Notes: a model not told the origin generated them from the sequence alone. Positions 7,907 to 17,030 are shown, numbered from the stretch's first letter. The stretch is 49,622 bases of DNA from an uncultured Candidatus Saccharibacteria bacterium (GCA_964622035.1 CAZUPF010000001.1:1-49622); one strand, 5' to 3'. A program made the numbers and translations.

Positions 7907-8539
7907 CTAATCACCGCCTCTCAATTTACTTTCAACTACAGTAACTATTCTACCAAAAACATCCTCCACCGTCCCCGAGGCGTCAATGTCCGCCCACCGA
8001 CCGCGGAACTCAAGCATCTGGGGAGCAGCCCGGTATCCCTCGACCGCCCCCTCAAAAAACCGCAGACCCTCCTCCTCGAACTTATCGCCCAGCTGATCAA
8101 AAGTCCTCGCCACACTTTCGCGAATATCCATATCTAAGTAAAGTACCAAATCGGGCCAGACCAAACCGAGGGCCTCCCGGTTAATCCGCAAAACCACCTC
8201 TAGACCGAGACCCCGACCGTAACCCTGATACGCTAAGCTGGTAATAAAACTCCTGTCGGAAACGACTATCCCACCAGCAGCAATGACCGGTATAACCACC
8301 TTTCGCAATGTCTGGGCGCGGGAAGCGGCGTATAAATAAGCCTCACAGACCGCGTCCATCTTCTCCCGGTAGGTTGTGCCCTGTACCGCCCTCCGAATAC
8401 CTTCGGCAATCTCGCTCCCACCAGGCTCTCTCGTCCAAACTACCTGCCGCTCGGGATACTTTTTCTGAAGATATTCAACCAGCTTCTTTGACTGGGTGGT
8501 CTTGCCGGTTCCCACAATAGCCTCGAAAACAATATACAT
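7907..8539 (-). CDS. tmk: thymidylate (dTMP) kinase
   Basis: P-loop GTGKTTQ and TREPGG motif. TAGACT -10 box lies 6 nt upstream of the ATG. A 2-nt gap separates it from the next gene. Confidence 0.92.
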   Translation of the reverse strand: MYIVFEAIVGTGKTTQSKKLVEYLQKKYPERQVVWTREPGGSEIAEGIRRAVQGTTYREKMDAVCEAYLYAASRAQTLRKVVIPVIAAGGIVVSDRSFITSLAYQGYGRGLGLEVVLRINREALGLVWPDLVLYLDMDIRESVARTFDQLGDKFEEEGLRFFEGAVEGYRAAPQMLEFRGRWADIDASGTVEDVFGRIVTVVESKLRGGD

Positions 8540-8573
8540 GGGACGAGTCTAGCACAAGGACCTAGGTGCGGTG

Positions 8574-9377
8574 TTACAAGGGAAAAGTCATACTCTGCTG
8601 AGGTGCGGAGCCAGCTTTCGCGATGGCCTCACGGTAAGCACAGTATTCGCAAGTCTCCCCCGCCGGGGGAATCTGATCGGAGTCGAGGCATTCCTTAATT
8701 TTGAAAATTTCTGGCTCGACCCACGAACTATCGCCCTTGTGGGGAATGATACTCATCACAAACTCCAACCGGCCGTCAAACTGGGGGCGGTTCTTGCTGG
8801 CATTGGCAAAAACAAAGTAGCCGGTATCGCTCACCGTAAAACCCAGCTGGCGAAAGATCCATTGGTAGATCTCCATTTGACGCTTGTACCCCTGCTTATA
8901 CTCGTCATCTAAAGAAATTTCTCTGCTCGTGCTCGTGGATTTGTAGTCCACAATAATAAATTCTTCTTGGGGGGTGGTCCAGATATCATCCACAATACCG
9001 CAAATTTCTAAGTTGGTGGGTTTATGTAGTACGGAGGCGCCTTTGTAGTTGTAAAAATCGTCCCGCCATTCGGGCAGGTCGGGGTGTTGAAGAGGAACCG
9101 CGTCAATACCGTACTTTTCCATCAACTTATGCTTTTCGCCATTGGCCCGCAGCAAATCAAACTCGTTCTTAAGTAGTTGGTCTACCGCACTATTTAGCGA
9201 CCAGCCGGGCATACTCGGCCGACCGAAGCCCTGCCGCCGATCCAGATAGAAACACCGCGGGCACGCCAAAAACCGATCAATCTTGCTGCGACTGATCCGA
9301 AACGGCTCTTTGGCATTCGGCTGATACAAATTTCTTTGCCGTCGGCGGTACCTATTCATAACTAAATTTTTTGGCAC
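8574..9377 (-). CDS. PD-(D/E)XK nuclease, Cas4/RecB-like with four Cys
   Basis: N-terminal CPRC, IVDYK nuclease core and C-terminal CEYC. The ORF begins at GTG 9377; ATG 9359 is an alternative. Confidence 0.75.
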   Translation of the reverse strand: MPKNLVMNRYRRRQRNLYQPNAKEPFRISRSKIDRFLACPRCFYLDRRQGFGRPSMPGWSLNSAVDQLLKNEFDLLRANGEKHKLMEKYGIDAVPLQHPDLPEWRDDFYNYKGASVLHKPTNLEICGIVDDIWTTPQEEFIIVDYKSTSTSREISLDDEYKQGYKRQMEIYQWIFRQLGFTVSDTGYFVFANASKNRPQFDGRLEFVMSIIPHKGDSSWVEPEIFKIKECLDSDQIPPAGETCEYCAYREAIAKAGSAPQQSMTFPL

Positions 9378-9397
9378 TTGAAAATGGGCCTGAGGAA

Positions 9398-10249
9398 CTA
9401 CTCGGCAATCTCAACTTCAACGCTGTCAGTTCTACCACCGCCCCCACCACCCCTCCCCATATCTTGAATAACCATCTTGGGACCGCCGTCGTAGGTCACT
9501 GTGGCCTCCCCGGCTCCTTCCGTTCCCGGAGCCCACTCGATCCCAACTTTGTTACCGGCCTCACCCCCCGCAGTGGTTCCCGGAGCGAAGGTGACTTCCA
9601 CCATCCGGCCATTCTCATCCCGACCATCAGTTCCTGGGGCATACTCCCATTGGCTCATCTTGTCAGGCAGCGAAGGCAGACTACCATCAGCGTCAGCATT
9701 GGGATCTAGCCAAATATAACGAGTCTCATTCACCACCTTGACCGCTTCGTCAACACTTATAACAACCTCTACTACCCGCTCTGTCTCCTCAGCAATATCC
9801 ATTTGCGTCTCGACAATATGCTGCTGTACTCCCTCAGAACCCTCGACGGTAAGCTGCATTTGGGTCATTACCCGCTGCTGCTCTCGCGTCCTTTCCCGAA
9901 TTCGCTCAACCACTACCGAGTCGTTGGCTCCCTCCGCGTGCTCCAAAGCCCGCGTTTTCTGCACTTGGTAACGGTCCAAAGAAAGCTCCAACGCATCGTC
10001 ATCGTCAGAGAAAGCAGCATAGTCCATTTCTTTGATCCGTTGCTCGGTGAACTCGTCGAGAAGCTCGGCTTTAGCCGCTTGATCGAAGGTTAGAAATTGT
10101 TGGACGGCTTCTTTGACTTTTACCAAAAGGTAGAGGGGAGAGGTGGGAAGTAGCTGCTCTTCAACATCCTCCGCCGCCAAAGCGGGAGTGGCAAAACTGA
10201 GGCTAAACAGGGCAAAAGCCAAGAGTGTGGGGGCTAGAAACTTCTTCAC
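9398..10249 (-). CDS. secreted DUF5667-like protein with Gly-rich C-terminus
   Basis: GTG 10249 gives signal peptide MKKFLAPTLLAFALFSLSFATPALA. PTSPLYLLVKVKEAVQQFLTF...AELLDEFTEQRIKEM fits my recollection of DUF5667. The longer tracked ORF (to 10330) would overlap rlmN. Confidence 0.7.
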   Translation of the reverse strand: MKKFLAPTLLAFALFSLSFATPALAAEDVEEQLLPTSPLYLLVKVKEAVQQFLTFDQAAKAELLDEFTEQRIKEMDYAAFSDDDDALELSLDRYQVQKTRALEHAEGANDSVVVERIRERTREQQRVMTQMQLTVEGSEGVQQHIVETQMDIAEETERVVEVVISVDEAVKVVNETRYIWLDPNADADGSLPSLPDKMSQWEYAPGTDGRDENGRMVEVTFAPGTTAGGEAGNKVGIEWAPGTEGAGEATVTYDGGPKMVIQDMGRGGGGGGRTDSVEVEIAE

Positions 10250-10280
10250 TGAGTTAAAACTAGCACAACTTACAAACCTG

Positions 10281-11264
10281 TCAAGTCCCAACACCCAGTT
10301 GGCCGCAGGCGGCCTTAATATTACGGCCAAAACGATAGCGCTGGGTAACAGTGAGGCCCCGCCCTTCCAAAGTCTTTTTAAACCGGCGAACCTTCTCGGG
10401 CGGAGAGGGTTTAAACTGGGCCGCCGTCACGTTATAGCTAATAAGGTTAACGAAGCAAAGCCTTCCCGAAAGCAGGGTCGCCAGCTCCTGCGCGCAGCTG
10501 GCCGAATCGTTGATACCCGCAAGCAGCAAGTACTCCACCATCACCCGCCGATTAGTTTTTTTAATATAATCATCAACCGCCCTCAGGACCGCAGCGAGTG
10601 GATATTTACCATTGACCGGTAATAGCTCACTACGCAATTTGTCATTGGGAGCATGGAGGGAAACGGCTAAATTGACTTGGAGATTTTCTTCCGCCAAACG
10701 CCGAATCCCAGGAACAATCCCCACCGTGGAGATGGAAATCCGCCGCGCTCCCATATTGAATCCGTCAGGATCATTTAAAATCCGGATCGCGGCCAGCACA
10801 TTGTCGTAATTTAGTAACGGCTCCCCCATTCCCATAAAGACAATATTAGTAACCTTTTCTCGGCGGGCGAAAAGTAGAACCTGGGCCACGATTTCAGACA
10901 CACTCAAATTGCGTCGGAAACCCATCTGGCCGGTAAGGCAGAACCGGCACCCCAGCGCGCACCCCACCTGCTGCGAAACACAAACCGTGCGGCGGTCATC
11001 ATGGCGCATTAATACGGCTTCGATCTGCTCACCATCGTCTAAGGTAATTAAACACTTGGTCGTTTGGCCATCTGCTGAGGTGGAGAGCTGATGGGAAATA
11101 GCTAGAGGACACGCCTTAGTCAGTTCGGCCCGCAGGGCTGCGGGCAGAGCGATTGCCTGCTGCCAATCAGTAACTAAATCCTGAAACAGCGCCTGCTTGG
11201 CTTGGCACAGGCGGTAGGTCGGCTCACTTGCCAAGATTTTCTCCAACTCTTCAATGTCTACCAC
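10281..11264 (-). CDS. rlmN: 23S rRNA/tRNA adenine-C2 methyltransferase (radical SAM)
   Basis: CALGCRFCLTG (CX3CX2C), GMGEPLLN and C-terminal ACGQL. GTG start lies 6 nt after a TAAGAT -10 box. Confidence 0.9.
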   Translation of the reverse strand: MVDIEELEKILASEPTYRLCQAKQALFQDLVTDWQQAIALPAALRAELTKACPLAISHQLSTSADGQTTKCLITLDDGEQIEAVLMRHDDRRTVCVSQQVGCALGCRFCLTGQMGFRRNLSVSEIVAQVLLFARREKVTNIVFMGMGEPLLNYDNVLAAIRILNDPDGFNMGARRISISTVGIVPGIRRLAEENLQVNLAVSLHAPNDKLRSELLPVNGKYPLAAVLRAVDDYIKKTNRRVMVEYLLLAGINDSASCAQELATLLSGRLCFVNLISYNVTAAQFKPSPPEKVRRFKKTLEGRGLTVTQRYRFGRNIKAACGQLGVGT

Positions 11265-11360
11265 TCCCCCATCTTACCAAAAACGGGCCTAGGCCACCTG
11301 GGGTTTGGCCTCCCACTTGCCCCTCTCGCCGTTTTGGTGCTAGGGTTACATTGTGCGCCT

Positions 11361-12176
11361 ATGAAAAGAAAATTCTTAGTGGTCACAATTGCCCTGGGCC
11401 TGCTGGCACTGTTAGCTATAGTTGCCCAACGCCCCCAATCTCCGGAGGAGGGCTCCCGCGATCTTGAAAACATTCCCCAAAACCCCCCTAGCCAAGTTTG
11501 CGCCAAAATTTCCCAACCGGGGGATGTATATCATTGCCTGGCAGTTGTAAACCAGGATCCAACTTTTTGCGAAAAAATGGGGCGGGGCGAGGACAAGAGT
11601 GTCTGCTTAGCCTTGGCCAATAAGGATCTGTCACTCTGCCAAAAGATCAAAGACAACGAGACTAAACAAATGTGCCACCAAGAACTAAGTTTCAAAGCCA
11701 GCCAGATCGATTACTGTGACGGGGCGAGCGATCCCGACAAGTGTTATTTTTCTTTCATCCATCGACTTTATTGGCGAGGGCGTTCGGGTGAGATAACAGC
11801 AGAGTATTGCCAAAAGCTTAGCGAGTCTGCCGGCGGAGAGTTGGCTTTCCGAGACACCTGCTGGGCGCTTAAGAATCACAATCCGACCCTTTGCCAAGGC
11901 AATGAGCACTGTTTGTCCTTTTTTGAACAGCCACTATCTTTTTGTATAAATAACAAACTCAAGAGTAGCGAGGACGACTGTCTGCGCGATCGGGCATTAA
12001 CTTCCCGGGACCCCGCCCTTTGCGAACGGATTGGTGACGAAGAAATTCGGGACCGGTGCTACGGCAGCTACTCGACACACATCTCGCCCGACCTGGCTCT
12101 TTGTGAAAAAATCATCGGTAAGATGACGAAGAATGCGTGCTATACGGAGTACGCCATCAATCTTTCTGAAGACTAG
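11361..12176 (+). CDS. secreted or anchored Cys-rich repeat protein (18 Cys)
   Basis: ATG 11361 gives MKRKFLVVTIALGLLALLAIVAQ. About eight repeats follow of the form C-x10-14-C-(E/Q)-K-I, e.g. CLAVVNQDPTFCEKM, CLALANKDLSLCQKI, CLRDRALTSRDPALCERI, CYGSYSTHISPDLALCEKI. Confidence 0.75.
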   Translation: MKRKFLVVTIALGLLALLAIVAQRPQSPEEGSRDLENIPQNPPSQVCAKISQPGDVYHCLAVVNQDPTFCEKMGRGEDKSVCLALANKDLSLCQKIKDNETKQMCHQELSFKASQIDYCDGASDPDKCYFSFIHRLYWRGRSGEITAEYCQKLSESAGGELAFRDTCWALKNHNPTLCQGNEHCLSFFEQPLSFCINNKLKSSEDDCLRDRALTSRDPALCERIGDEEIRDRCYGSYSTHISPDLALCEKIIGKMTKNACYTEYAINLSED

Positions 12177-12279
12177 GGCGGGGCTTGGGAAGGGACATTG
12201 CAAATTTTCGCATAACGCCACTGCGGCCGCATAGCGTTTATAGACTATCCCCACGATTACCAGTTCTTCTCGGCGGCGC

Positions 12280-14103
12280 TCACTTAGCTACTTTTCGCGC
12301 AGTGCGAACCCGGGCGGTATGGTCAAGAAGCCTCTTCCTCATTCTCAGAGACTGGGGTGTAATTTCCAACAGCTCATCTTTAGCCAAAAAACCAAAGCAC
12401 TGCTCCATACTTAGCTCGAGAGTAGCGTGCGGCAGGACAATTGTTTCTTCGGCCGCGGAGCGGACATTAGTTAGGCGTTTTTCCTTGCAAACATTAATCT
12501 CGATATCGTTTTCACGAGCATTGGCCCCAATAATCATCCCGCTGTAAACTTCGGCTTTTGGTCCAACGAAAGTCACCCCCCGGCCTTGAGCCACCCGTAG
12601 TCCGTAAGTAGTAGCCTTACCGGTAGTGGCGGCTAGTAAAACACCTTTGCGGTTTTCGGGAGGCATTGCGCCTATTTTTTCGTAGCACAGAAAGATGGAA
12701 CTCAAAACCGCCGTGCCTTTAGACAGGGTGAGCAAAGTATTGCGAGAACCCAAAAGTCCCCGAGTCGAGATCTTAAAAACCAAACGCGAAGAATTGTCGG
12801 TCAGCTGTTCCTGTGAAATGAGGGTTCCCCTCCGCCGCCCAATCTCCCCTTGAATCGCCCCCAAGTAATCATTTTCGACATCGCAGGTAAGCTCTTCCAC
12901 CGGCTCCAGCTCTTCTTCGTCCACCGTTTTGGTGATCACTTGGGGCCGACCGACCTCGATCTCAAACCCTTCGCGACGCAGGTTCTCCAAAAAAACAGTG
13001 AGGTGCAGCTCCCCGCGTCCGGAGAGAATCATTTGCCCCGCGGAGGTGATTTCCAGCCGCATCGCGATGTTGGTCTGTAACTCTTTTTCAATCCGCTTTA
13101 AAATTTGTCGGCTGGTGAGAAACTTTCCTTCCCGACCCTTAAAAGGAGAAGTGTTTGGCCCAATAGAAATACTGAGCGTCGGTTCAGTAAGTTCTATTAC
13201 CGGTAGGGCCTCGGGCTTATCGATAGCCGTAACCGTATCGCTGATATCGGCACCGGTAATCCCGGTAAGAGCGACAATTTCCCCCGCCAGTGCTTGAGGG
13301 GTCTCCACACGGTGTAATCCCTTATTTACATAAACCTTATCCACTTGGACCGCCTCCTTACTACCGTTGGGTTTCAGCAACAGCACCTGTTGTTTGGGGG
13401 TAACTCGGCCCCTGGTTATTCGTCCAATAGCGTATTTCCCCTGGAAATCATCCCAATCTAGGGCCGAGACTAAAAATTGTAGCGGGCCTTCTGCATCTTG
13501 GGCCGGCGCCGGAATATTCTCGAGAATAGCCGCAAAAATTGGTGCCAAGTCGGACGGCGCGGTAACATCTATCGGTTGCTGATTCCAGGCCTTTCCCTCC
13601 CGACCAATAGCATAGAGAACCGGAAACTCAAGCTGCTCGTCACTACTCGCTAGCTCCAAAAACAGATCGCCGATTTTGCTCAAAGTTTTCTCAACGCGAG
13701 CAGTTTTCCTGTCTATTTTATTGATGACGACAATAACTTTTAGGTTTGCTTCAAGGGCTTTTTTCAGTACAAACTTTGTTTGCGGCATTGGGCCCTCTTG
13801 AGCATCAACTAGGAGGAGAGCCCCATCGGCCATATTTAGGGTTCGTTCGACCTCACCACCAAAATCAGCGTGTCCGGGAGTATCAATGATGTTTATCTTC
13901 GTCCCCTGATACTCGATAGCAGTGTTTTTCGCCAAAATGGTAATCCCCCGCTCTTTTTCCTGATCATTAGAATCCAAAATCCGCTCCTGATTAATCTCCG
14001 CTTCGTTGGTGCGAAAGGTTTTCGATTGTTTGAGTAGGCCATCCACCAAGGTCGTCTTGCCATGATCGACATGGGCAATAATGGCCACATTTCTTAAGTT
14101 CAT
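12280..14103 (-). CDS. typA: translational GTPase BipA/TypA
   Basis: G1 AHVDHGKTT, G3 DTPGHADF, G4 NKID, length 607 aa with EF-G-like domains. TATAAT lies 13 nt upstream of the ATG. Confidence 0.95.
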   Translation of the reverse strand: MNLRNVAIIAHVDHGKTTLVDGLLKQSKTFRTNEAEINQERILDSNDQEKERGITILAKNTAIEYQGTKINIIDTPGHADFGGEVERTLNMADGALLLVDAQEGPMPQTKFVLKKALEANLKVIVVINKIDRKTARVEKTLSKIGDLFLELASSDEQLEFPVLYAIGREGKAWNQQPIDVTAPSDLAPIFAAILENIPAPAQDAEGPLQFLVSALDWDDFQGKYAIGRITRGRVTPKQQVLLLKPNGSKEAVQVDKVYVNKGLHRVETPQALAGEIVALTGITGADISDTVTAIDKPEALPVIELTEPTLSISIGPNTSPFKGREGKFLTSRQILKRIEKELQTNIAMRLEITSAGQMILSGRGELHLTVFLENLRREGFEIEVGRPQVITKTVDEEELEPVEELTCDVENDYLGAIQGEIGRRRGTLISQEQLTDNSSRLVFKISTRGLLGSRNTLLTLSKGTAVLSSIFLCYEKIGAMPPENRKGVLLAATTGKATTYGLRVAQGRGVTFVGPKAEVYSGMIIGANARENDIEINVCKEKRLTNVRSAAEETIVLPHATLELSMEQCFGFLAKDELLEITPQSLRMRKRLLDHTARVRTARKVAK

Positions 14104-14158
14104 AGTTAAGGAGATGATTATACCGGGTTTTTAGCGGGTTGCAAGCCCGCGGGGGATT

Positions 14159-14722
14159 TTATCGAGAGCTAAGGAGCAACATAGCCGCTTCAAATTTCGG
14201 ACGGATAATCTCTTTTGATTCTTCAAAATGGAGCTGGTCCCACTTGTTTTCTAGTTTCTTCCGAACCGAATCCTTGGCCTCTCCCTGATCTTTATTTTCG
14301 TACACAAAGGCCGCCTTGAATATCCCCGCAATACCATCAAAAGCGCTCAAAGCATCGGCCTCGGCAATTATTTTCTCCTCGATAGTCTCCCGATTATTCT
14401 GCTGAGAACCGCGGTGATTTAAAATACACTTTTTCACCAGCTCAATTTTTTCGGCGGGATACTGGAGCTCTTTTAATTTCTCTCCCGCAATTTTCGCCCC
14501 GGTAATGTGGTGGTCATCCCGACCGTGAGTTATTGAACCGATATCGTGCAACCAAGCAGCAAGCAGAATAACCTCCTTGTCCCCTCCCAGCTCATCAGCT
14601 AATTTTCCAGCGTAACTTGCCACGGGAGCAAAGTGGAATGGGAAAGGCTCGTAGCCGTACTTGCTACTCGGTTTTTTACATTCGCTCTCGACGAAATTTT
14701 TAACTTCCTGAATTATGTCCAT
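14159..14722 (-). CDS. HD-domain phosphohydrolase
   Basis: HD motif (AAWLHDIG) plus downstream His/Asp (ILNHRG, EADALSAFD). Confidence 0.85.
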   Translation of the reverse strand: MDIIQEVKNFVESECKKPSSKYGYEPFPFHFAPVASYAGKLADELGGDKEVILLAAWLHDIGSITHGRDDHHITGAKIAGEKLKELQYPAEKIELVKKCILNHRGSQQNNRETIEEKIIAEADALSAFDGIAGIFKAAFVYENKDQGEAKDSVRKKLENKWDQLHFEESKEIIRPKFEAAMLLLSSR

Positions 14723-14882
14723 CTATGAAGACTACTTTAACACGAAGCGGGGGCTGCTGTAGTGAGTACCCTGCTCCCCAGAATATTTTCTTTCTATAAG
14801 TTGCTTTGCGGTAGTTTTATTGCTACTATTACTGACAGAATTTACCCAAGAGAAGTAAGAGAGCCAATAAGGAGAGTGAGCT

Positions 14883-15332
14883 ATGGAACCATGTACTTCT
14901 GAAATGCGGGCAGACTCTTGTAAGAAGGGGGCAAGAGTGTTAATCACTCTGTCCCCAGAGCTCCTTGCCGAATCGGTGGGAGAGGGGGAGACGGTGGTTG
15001 CGGTTGGAGGGAAGCTGGGAGTCAGAATTCCCGAGCGGTTACTCATCTTCGAGGCCTTCGGACGAGGCGCCGAGGCCGCTCGTCGCGAACGGAAGCTCTC
15101 GCTAGAAGTGGTTGCCGAGGTGGCTAAGGTTCGTCTCAGCGAACTGCAAGCACTGTTGGACCCCGAGCTGCTTTACAACATCGGGCGGGCGGTAGCCAAC
15201 CGAATTGCTGAGGCCCTCGGCTATTCGGTGCCTGAGCTGATCGCGCGGGGAGGCTACGAGGCCTTCCAATGCCCAATCTGCGATTTCTACGTGCGCAAGG
15301 GGACCGCCTGTGCTTTCTGTGCAGAAACGTAG
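14883..15332 (+). CDS. putative DNA-binding protein: AbrB-like N-term, XRE-type HTH, C-terminal zinc ribbon
   Basis: AAGGAGAG lies 7 nt upstream of the ATG. VLITLSPELLAESVGEGETVVAVGGKLGVRIPE is AbrB/SpoVT-like; RRERKLSLEVVAEVAKVRLSELQALL is HTH-like; CPIC...CAFC lies at the C-terminus. An intrinsic terminator follows. Confidence 0.7.
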   Translation: MEPCTSEMRADSCKKGARVLITLSPELLAESVGEGETVVAVGGKLGVRIPERLLIFEAFGRGAEAARRERKLSLEVVAEVAKVRLSELQALLDPELLYNIGRAVANRIAEALGYSVPELIARGGYEAFQCPICDFYVRKGTACAFCAET

Positions 15333-15349
15333 CGCGGTGCGCCTTCGGC

Positions 15350-15383
15350 GGGCAGAAACTTCAGTTTCTTGCCCGCTTTTTTA
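15350..15383 (+). terminator. intrinsic terminator
   Basis: GGGCAGAAAC / GTTTCTTGCCC stem (one bulge) with a 4-nt loop, then GCTTTTTTATTT. It lies 18 nt after the stop at 15332. Confidence 0.75.
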
Positions 15384-15425
15384 TTTGATTCCGAAACCCA
15401 CCGGAGGGTGTGCTAATCTTGGCCA

Positions 15426-16040
15426 ATGCTTCCCTTTGGCCACACGGCCGTTGCTTACCTAATTGCCCAAATTCCTCGTTGGCGGGGGCGAGCCTTGAAT
15501 CGAGCGGAAACCCTTCTGGTTCTTTTTTGTGGGAGTATTTTTGATCTGGATCTCTTGGCACTAGCTCTTTTGGGAATCCCGGGAGCTCTCCACCACTACT
15601 ACCCCGGGCACACTCCCCTACTGGGACTGGTTTGGCTGGGTTTTCTCTACATTGTGCTACGCCGATCTTTTCCCCGGCGGGTTTTCTTTTGGGCTGGGCT
15701 GGCAATGCTGGGACACCTAATTTGTGACGACTTGAGTTACTGGTTCTCCCTATGTGGTCTGGAGCACCCGGTCACCCAACCACAGATCTTCTGGCTGTTT
15801 CCTCTTGATCCGCGCCACCTACCGGAATTGCGCTACGCGTGGGAAGTTTACTTACAACAAAGGCCAACATGGCAAACATTTCTCAACTGGTATCTGGTTT
15901 CCCGACCGCTCCTTTTTTATCTAGAAACTAGCGTAGTTTTAATCGCGCTGGTTATTTTTCTCCGCAATCGGGGCAAATTAGCTCCAGCAGATAGGGAAAA
16001 AGAGAAGGGCCAAAACCATATAGGCTTTGACCCTCGATAA
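15426..16040 (+). CDS. polytopic membrane protein, YdjM/DUF457-like metal-dependent hydrolase (tentative)
   Basis: N-terminal MLPFGHTAVAYL and GHLICDDLSYW resemble that family. It has 5-6 hydrophobic helices. The 3' end overlaps the convergent 15952..16770 ORF. Confidence 0.6.
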   Translation: MLPFGHTAVAYLIAQIPRWRGRALNRAETLLVLFCGSIFDLDLLALALLGIPGALHHYYPGHTPLLGLVWLGFLYIVLRRSFPRRVFFWAGLAMLGHLICDDLSYWFSLCGLEHPVTQPQIFWLFPLDPRHLPELRYAWEVYLQQRPTWQTFLNWYLVSRPLLFYLETSVVLIALVIFLRNRGKLAPADREKEKGQNHIGFDPR

Positions 16041-16770
16041 CTATGCGCGCTGTGCATAGGTGCTGTCGGCACAGACTCCGTGTTGTCGTTAGGTTTCCAC
16101 TCCTCAAGAAAAAAGGGTCTAAACTGACCGCGTCCTCATCAGAGAAGTGTATCTCGTACCGACTGAAGTCGTCAGTCTTCGGGACGATAAACACCCAAAT
16201 AAGTTCCCGAAAGAGCCGCTCTCCCTTTGAGTTCTTAACGGACCGGGTGTGAAGGACACTAGCACTCTTGTGGTCTCCGCCGTTGGTGACCACATAGATG
16301 TCCCTGTAGAATTTGTGCGCCTCCTTCACCGCCGCCGCGGTCGATTCGCTTTTGGTTTTCACCGCAAGCACCGTGTCCTTATCTGGGTCTTTTGGACTGT
16401 AGTACTTGTTGTCCCCAAGGGGGTACTCCTTCTGCAGCTCCACCTCCGTCACCACCAGCTCAACCCCCTGCACATCCAAAGGAGCACTGAGTCCCGGCAC
16501 CACGATCGGGGTCGCCGTTGGCAGCGGCGTGTTCGTCGCTGTCGGCCTTGGCGTATTCGTCGGCACTGTGGTGCTCGTCGGCAGTGGTGTATTCGTTGCC
16601 GCCGGCACTGGAGTATATGTCGGCAGTGGCGTATACGTCGGCAACGGTGTGTACGTCGGGAGTGGTGCCGCGGTTGCCTCGGGCGGCACCTCTAAAGGCC
16701 CGTCCTTACAGGCCGAAACCAACAGCATCAGCACCAGAAAAGCCACTACTACCCTTCTTTGACGGTACAT
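15952..16770 (-). CDS. lipoprotein with Pro/Thr-rich linker and beta-rich domain
   Basis: GGAAGAAGGAGG SD, lipobox LLVSAC, and 3x PLPTYT plus further PT repeats. The last ~30 codons read through a terminator-like hairpin, so the true 3' end is doubtful. Confidence 0.75.
   Translation of the reverse strand: MYRQRRVVVAFLVLMLLVSACKDGPLEVPPEATAAPLPTYTPLPTYTPLPTYTPVPAATNTPLPTSTTVPTNTPRPTATNTPLPTATPIVVPGLSAPLDVQGVELVVTEVELQKEYPLGDNKYYSPKDPDKDTVLAVKTKSESTAAAVKEAHKFYRDIYVVTNGGDHKSASVLHTRSVKNSKGERLFRELIWVFIVPKTDDFSRYEIHFSDEDAVSLDPFFLRSGNLTTTRSLCRQHLCTARIVIEGQSLYGFGPSLFPYLLELICPDCGEK
15994..16033 (-). repeat. copy A of a 40-nt terminator-like hairpin element
   Basis: GGGAAAAAGAGAAGGGCCAAAACCATATAGGCTTTGACCC is near-identical to 17030..17070. 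The stem has G-U pairs only valid in minus-strand RNA. Confidence 0.6.
16610..16663 (-). repeat. 3 x 18-nt tandem repeat encoding PLPTYT
   Basis: Units 16610-16627, 16628-16645 and 16646-16663 differ mainly at synonymous positions. Confidence 0.85.
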
Positions 16771-16829
16771 CTCTTACCTCCTTCTTCCTTAAACTATAGA
16801 AACTAGGTTCATCTCCTATACTCCGCCAG

Positions 16830-16858
16830 ACTATACACCTACTGGGGGAGGTTTGCAA
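16830..16858 (-). promoter_or_regulatory. sigma70-type promoter of the lipoprotein gene
   Basis: TTGCAA (16858-16853), 17 nt, TATAGT (16835-16830) on the minus strand, about 60 nt upstream of ATG 16770. Confidence 0.5.
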
Positions 16859-16960
16859 GGGACCGGGGCTTGACTTCCCCCCCAAAACCGCTACTCTCAG
16901 AGCCGGTAGTGGCACCATGTCCGAAAAATGCCCAAACTACCCCCGCCATGGACCAACAGT

Positions 16961-16980
16961 GCAATATGTTAACATATTGC
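16961..16980. promoter_or_regulatory. perfect 20-bp palindrome GCAATATGTTAACATATTGC
   Basis: Read directly. It lies between the ABC terminator and the lipoprotein promoter and is followed by CTAGACTCTAG. Confidence 0.5.
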
Positions 16981-17030
16981 TCTAGACTCTAGGATTACCA
17001 CACTCCCCACCAAATCCCCCACCACGCCGT

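Noticed and set aside
12218-12245. Hairpin AACGC..TGCGGCCGCA..GCGTT between the convergent Cys-rich gene and typA, as a bidirectional terminator
   Set aside because: The stems are short, the loop is too small for the inner palindrome (a NotI site), and neither strand has a U tract.
14732-15046. 104-aa minus-strand ORF overlapping the start of 14883..15332
   Set aside because: It has no RBS and a low-complexity translation. The plus-strand gene has a strong SD, recognisable domains and a terminator.
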